From Antedon mediterranea (Eukaryota; Animalia; Echinodermata), in assembly GCF_964355755.1 (NCBI RefSeq), contig NC_092672.1, positions 34,478,437 to 34,542,436 of the forward strand: 64,000 nt of DNA, in the 5' to 3' direction. The notes beneath the pieces were generated by a model that was given only the letters and a program-made list of their open reading frames with translations, was not told the DNA's origin and made no database searches. A program made the translations under genes and the position numbers. How positions within the stretch are numbered: the first letter of the stretch is position 1; every line of letters begins with the position of its first letter. Shown piece by piece: positions 61,801 through 64,000 of the stretch.

Positions 61801-63240
61801 CTGAAAAAAACAATTTTAACAAAATATATTAATATTATAAAAATTGATTTATAACCTGATTTTCTATCAGAAATTCATTTCTATGCAAAAGTTGGAAACA
61901 TTTAAAAAAATCATATATTATTATATTATAATATAAATTTATACCGATTTTTGTAGGTTTTAGCTTTTTTGTTGGAGTGGCACGCCTAATTGGCGACAGA
62001 AGCTATTTGCCTCTTTTGCCACTCCTTGGCGCAATCTAGCTATTTTTTGTCTTGTTTTGTTTTGTAAAATGTGTTTGCCAAATTTAATAAAATAAATAAA
62101 AAAACAAAATATCTACAAATTAAAAAAAAGTTGTATTTAATAACAGATCAACAACCCATACCATTACGATTGAATCACAAAACACAATATAATAACAAAA
62201 TACCGTAATAACAAATAATTTTATTTATTTATTTATTATTTATCCTGTAGATACTTTCAGTACTAGTGCACTGGTACAATGATTTGAAATAACAAACATA
62301 ATTAAAGTAAAGACAAAGAGTAACCAAAATTATAAATAAAGAAAATATAATAAAAATACAAATCAATTTTATAATAATACTACAAAACAAAAATAACGAA
62401 AACAAAGACGTTGATCCTTGAAATGGTATGACCACTAATAAAAGGCATGATCTTTGATAAAACATGTTAAATATTCCTTACTGCGTTAAATAATTCCTAT
62501 ATAAATACCCAATTAAGAGGTGAGGGCTACACAGATATCATTATAATTATATCTCACATGGCGAACACTTCTTCAAAAAATAAACGCTTTGTCAACACCA
62601 ACTGGCTATCAGCACATGACTGGACTCAATAGGTCATTGATCAAAAGGTCAAACTAATTATATTAAAAAGATGAAAAACTGACCAGTAACAAATATGTAT
62701 GCTGATGATTTCTAATAGCAATCGCTAGTACATGAGATAGTAGACACGCACACACAAATTTCAAATGGTATTACCATCAAGGACTGAAGCAGTATAATGG
62801 CGAATATAGCCTATCATATTTTGTTAAATCTTTCCAACCTAAATCTTATGAATGGGATAGGACAGCAGAGTGACGCACTGTACAACTAAAGACTTGTTTA
62901 TGAAAGCAATGAAGCGTTGAATATTGGTATACCGGTATATATATTTTAACAGGATGTGCATCAATTGGTCGTTTACTAAACTTATACTATTATATATTTT
63001 TTTCTCTCTGAAATAATATTTCATTTTATCCACATCCAAAACCAAGAGGCCAATAGAATGCCTTAGAGCAAAGGTAGCAGTTAATACTAAATATAAACAT
63101 TATTACATATATAAATCCAAAGGCAAATTTCTGAAAAAATGACAATGCTGTGGGTATCAGTGGCTGGATCTCAATGGAGATACAAAAAAAAAGCGAAAAG
63201 CTATTAATCAAAACGATAAAGTAAACAGCCAGAAAAGTTA

Positions 63241-63277
63241 GCTGAGCTTTCGGGCAACACTAGCCCTTCATCAGTGC
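63241..63277 (-). ncRNA. Minimal type I hammerhead ribozyme motif (Penelope-like element remnant)
   Basis: Minus strand CTGATGA-A-GGGC(tagtgtt)GCCC-GAAA-GC-TC. Confidence 0.68.
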
Positions 63278-64000
63278 ATATATATATACAAATTACATTT
63301 AATTACAACACAACTATACTAGGTATATTCAAATTAGGAAAATAAACAAAATATTAATTATGGACAATGATTCAGAATTTGAATTCACTTTCAAAACACT
63401 ATTTGGTATCAAGAAAACTGTGTGACTGTCCCCTGAATCATTTGGTTAAATATGCCATTTTAATGTTGCATAATATTTATTCACTCTGACCAAAAATTGG
63501 ATGGAAAACAAATTATTTACCTGAAAAACTGTAATCTAAAGCAAAAAATAGTCAAATTGACTGGAAGTCAATGAGTTATTGGCTGAATTTAGTGGAAACT
63601 TTTTAAAGTTTTTTCTACAGAAGTGATTAACATTATTAAAACTCTTTTTTATTAATCTTCATTTTTCATTTTTTTGGGAGACAATTTACATCTTTAAAGC
63701 TTCAATCCCACTGGCTTAAACACAACAACGTAGCCGCAAATAAGTAGACATTATTGGTCAAACTTCTTATTAAGGTGGGCTTACATATTTGTGTTGCATC
63801 CAAGTGGAAACCAAGCTTAAAGGACGTTGCATGAATTTGCTATTGCAATGAGATACCATGGAGTACTCCATGGAGATACAGTACTGATCAACTGTACAGT
63901 ACTGCCCACTTTGCTTCAATCTCAAATGTACCCCTTCTCCTCCTTAAACCTCCAATATATTTTAAAATATAGGCCTACATTTAGGTGCTTTATTGTGCAG

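Overview
AT-rich animal genomic DNA with spliceosomal introns. It looks like an invertebrate, and an echinoderm-type deuterostome is plausible but unproven. Six protein-coding genes can be rebuilt exon by exon from GT-AG boundaries with the reading frame conserved. (1) A TBC1D10-family Rab-GAP (-), which runs off the left edge. (2) The mitochondrial selenoprotein thioredoxin reductase TXNRD2 (-): 15 coding exons, a C-terminal GC-Sec(TGA)-G, a 3'UTR SECIS and a U12-type intron after a 20-nt microexon. (3) LRRC42-like (-). (4) An FBXO46/FBXO34-like F-box gene with a single coding exon (-), head-to-head with (5) a divergent UBE2L3-like E2 (+). (6) An uncharacterised EHD/dynamin-superfamily P-loop GTPase with two C-terminal transmembrane segments (-), whose 5' end was not found in the window. 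The introns hold many non-autonomous DNA transposons (PIF/Harbinger, Kolobok, piggyBac, Tc1/mariner, P-like and Ginger-like), tRNA-derived SINEs, probable P-type excision footprints and two minimal Penelope-type hammerhead ribozyme motifs. Most short ORFs in the supplied track are spurious or repeat-derived. All family assignments come from motif recognition, not from database searches.
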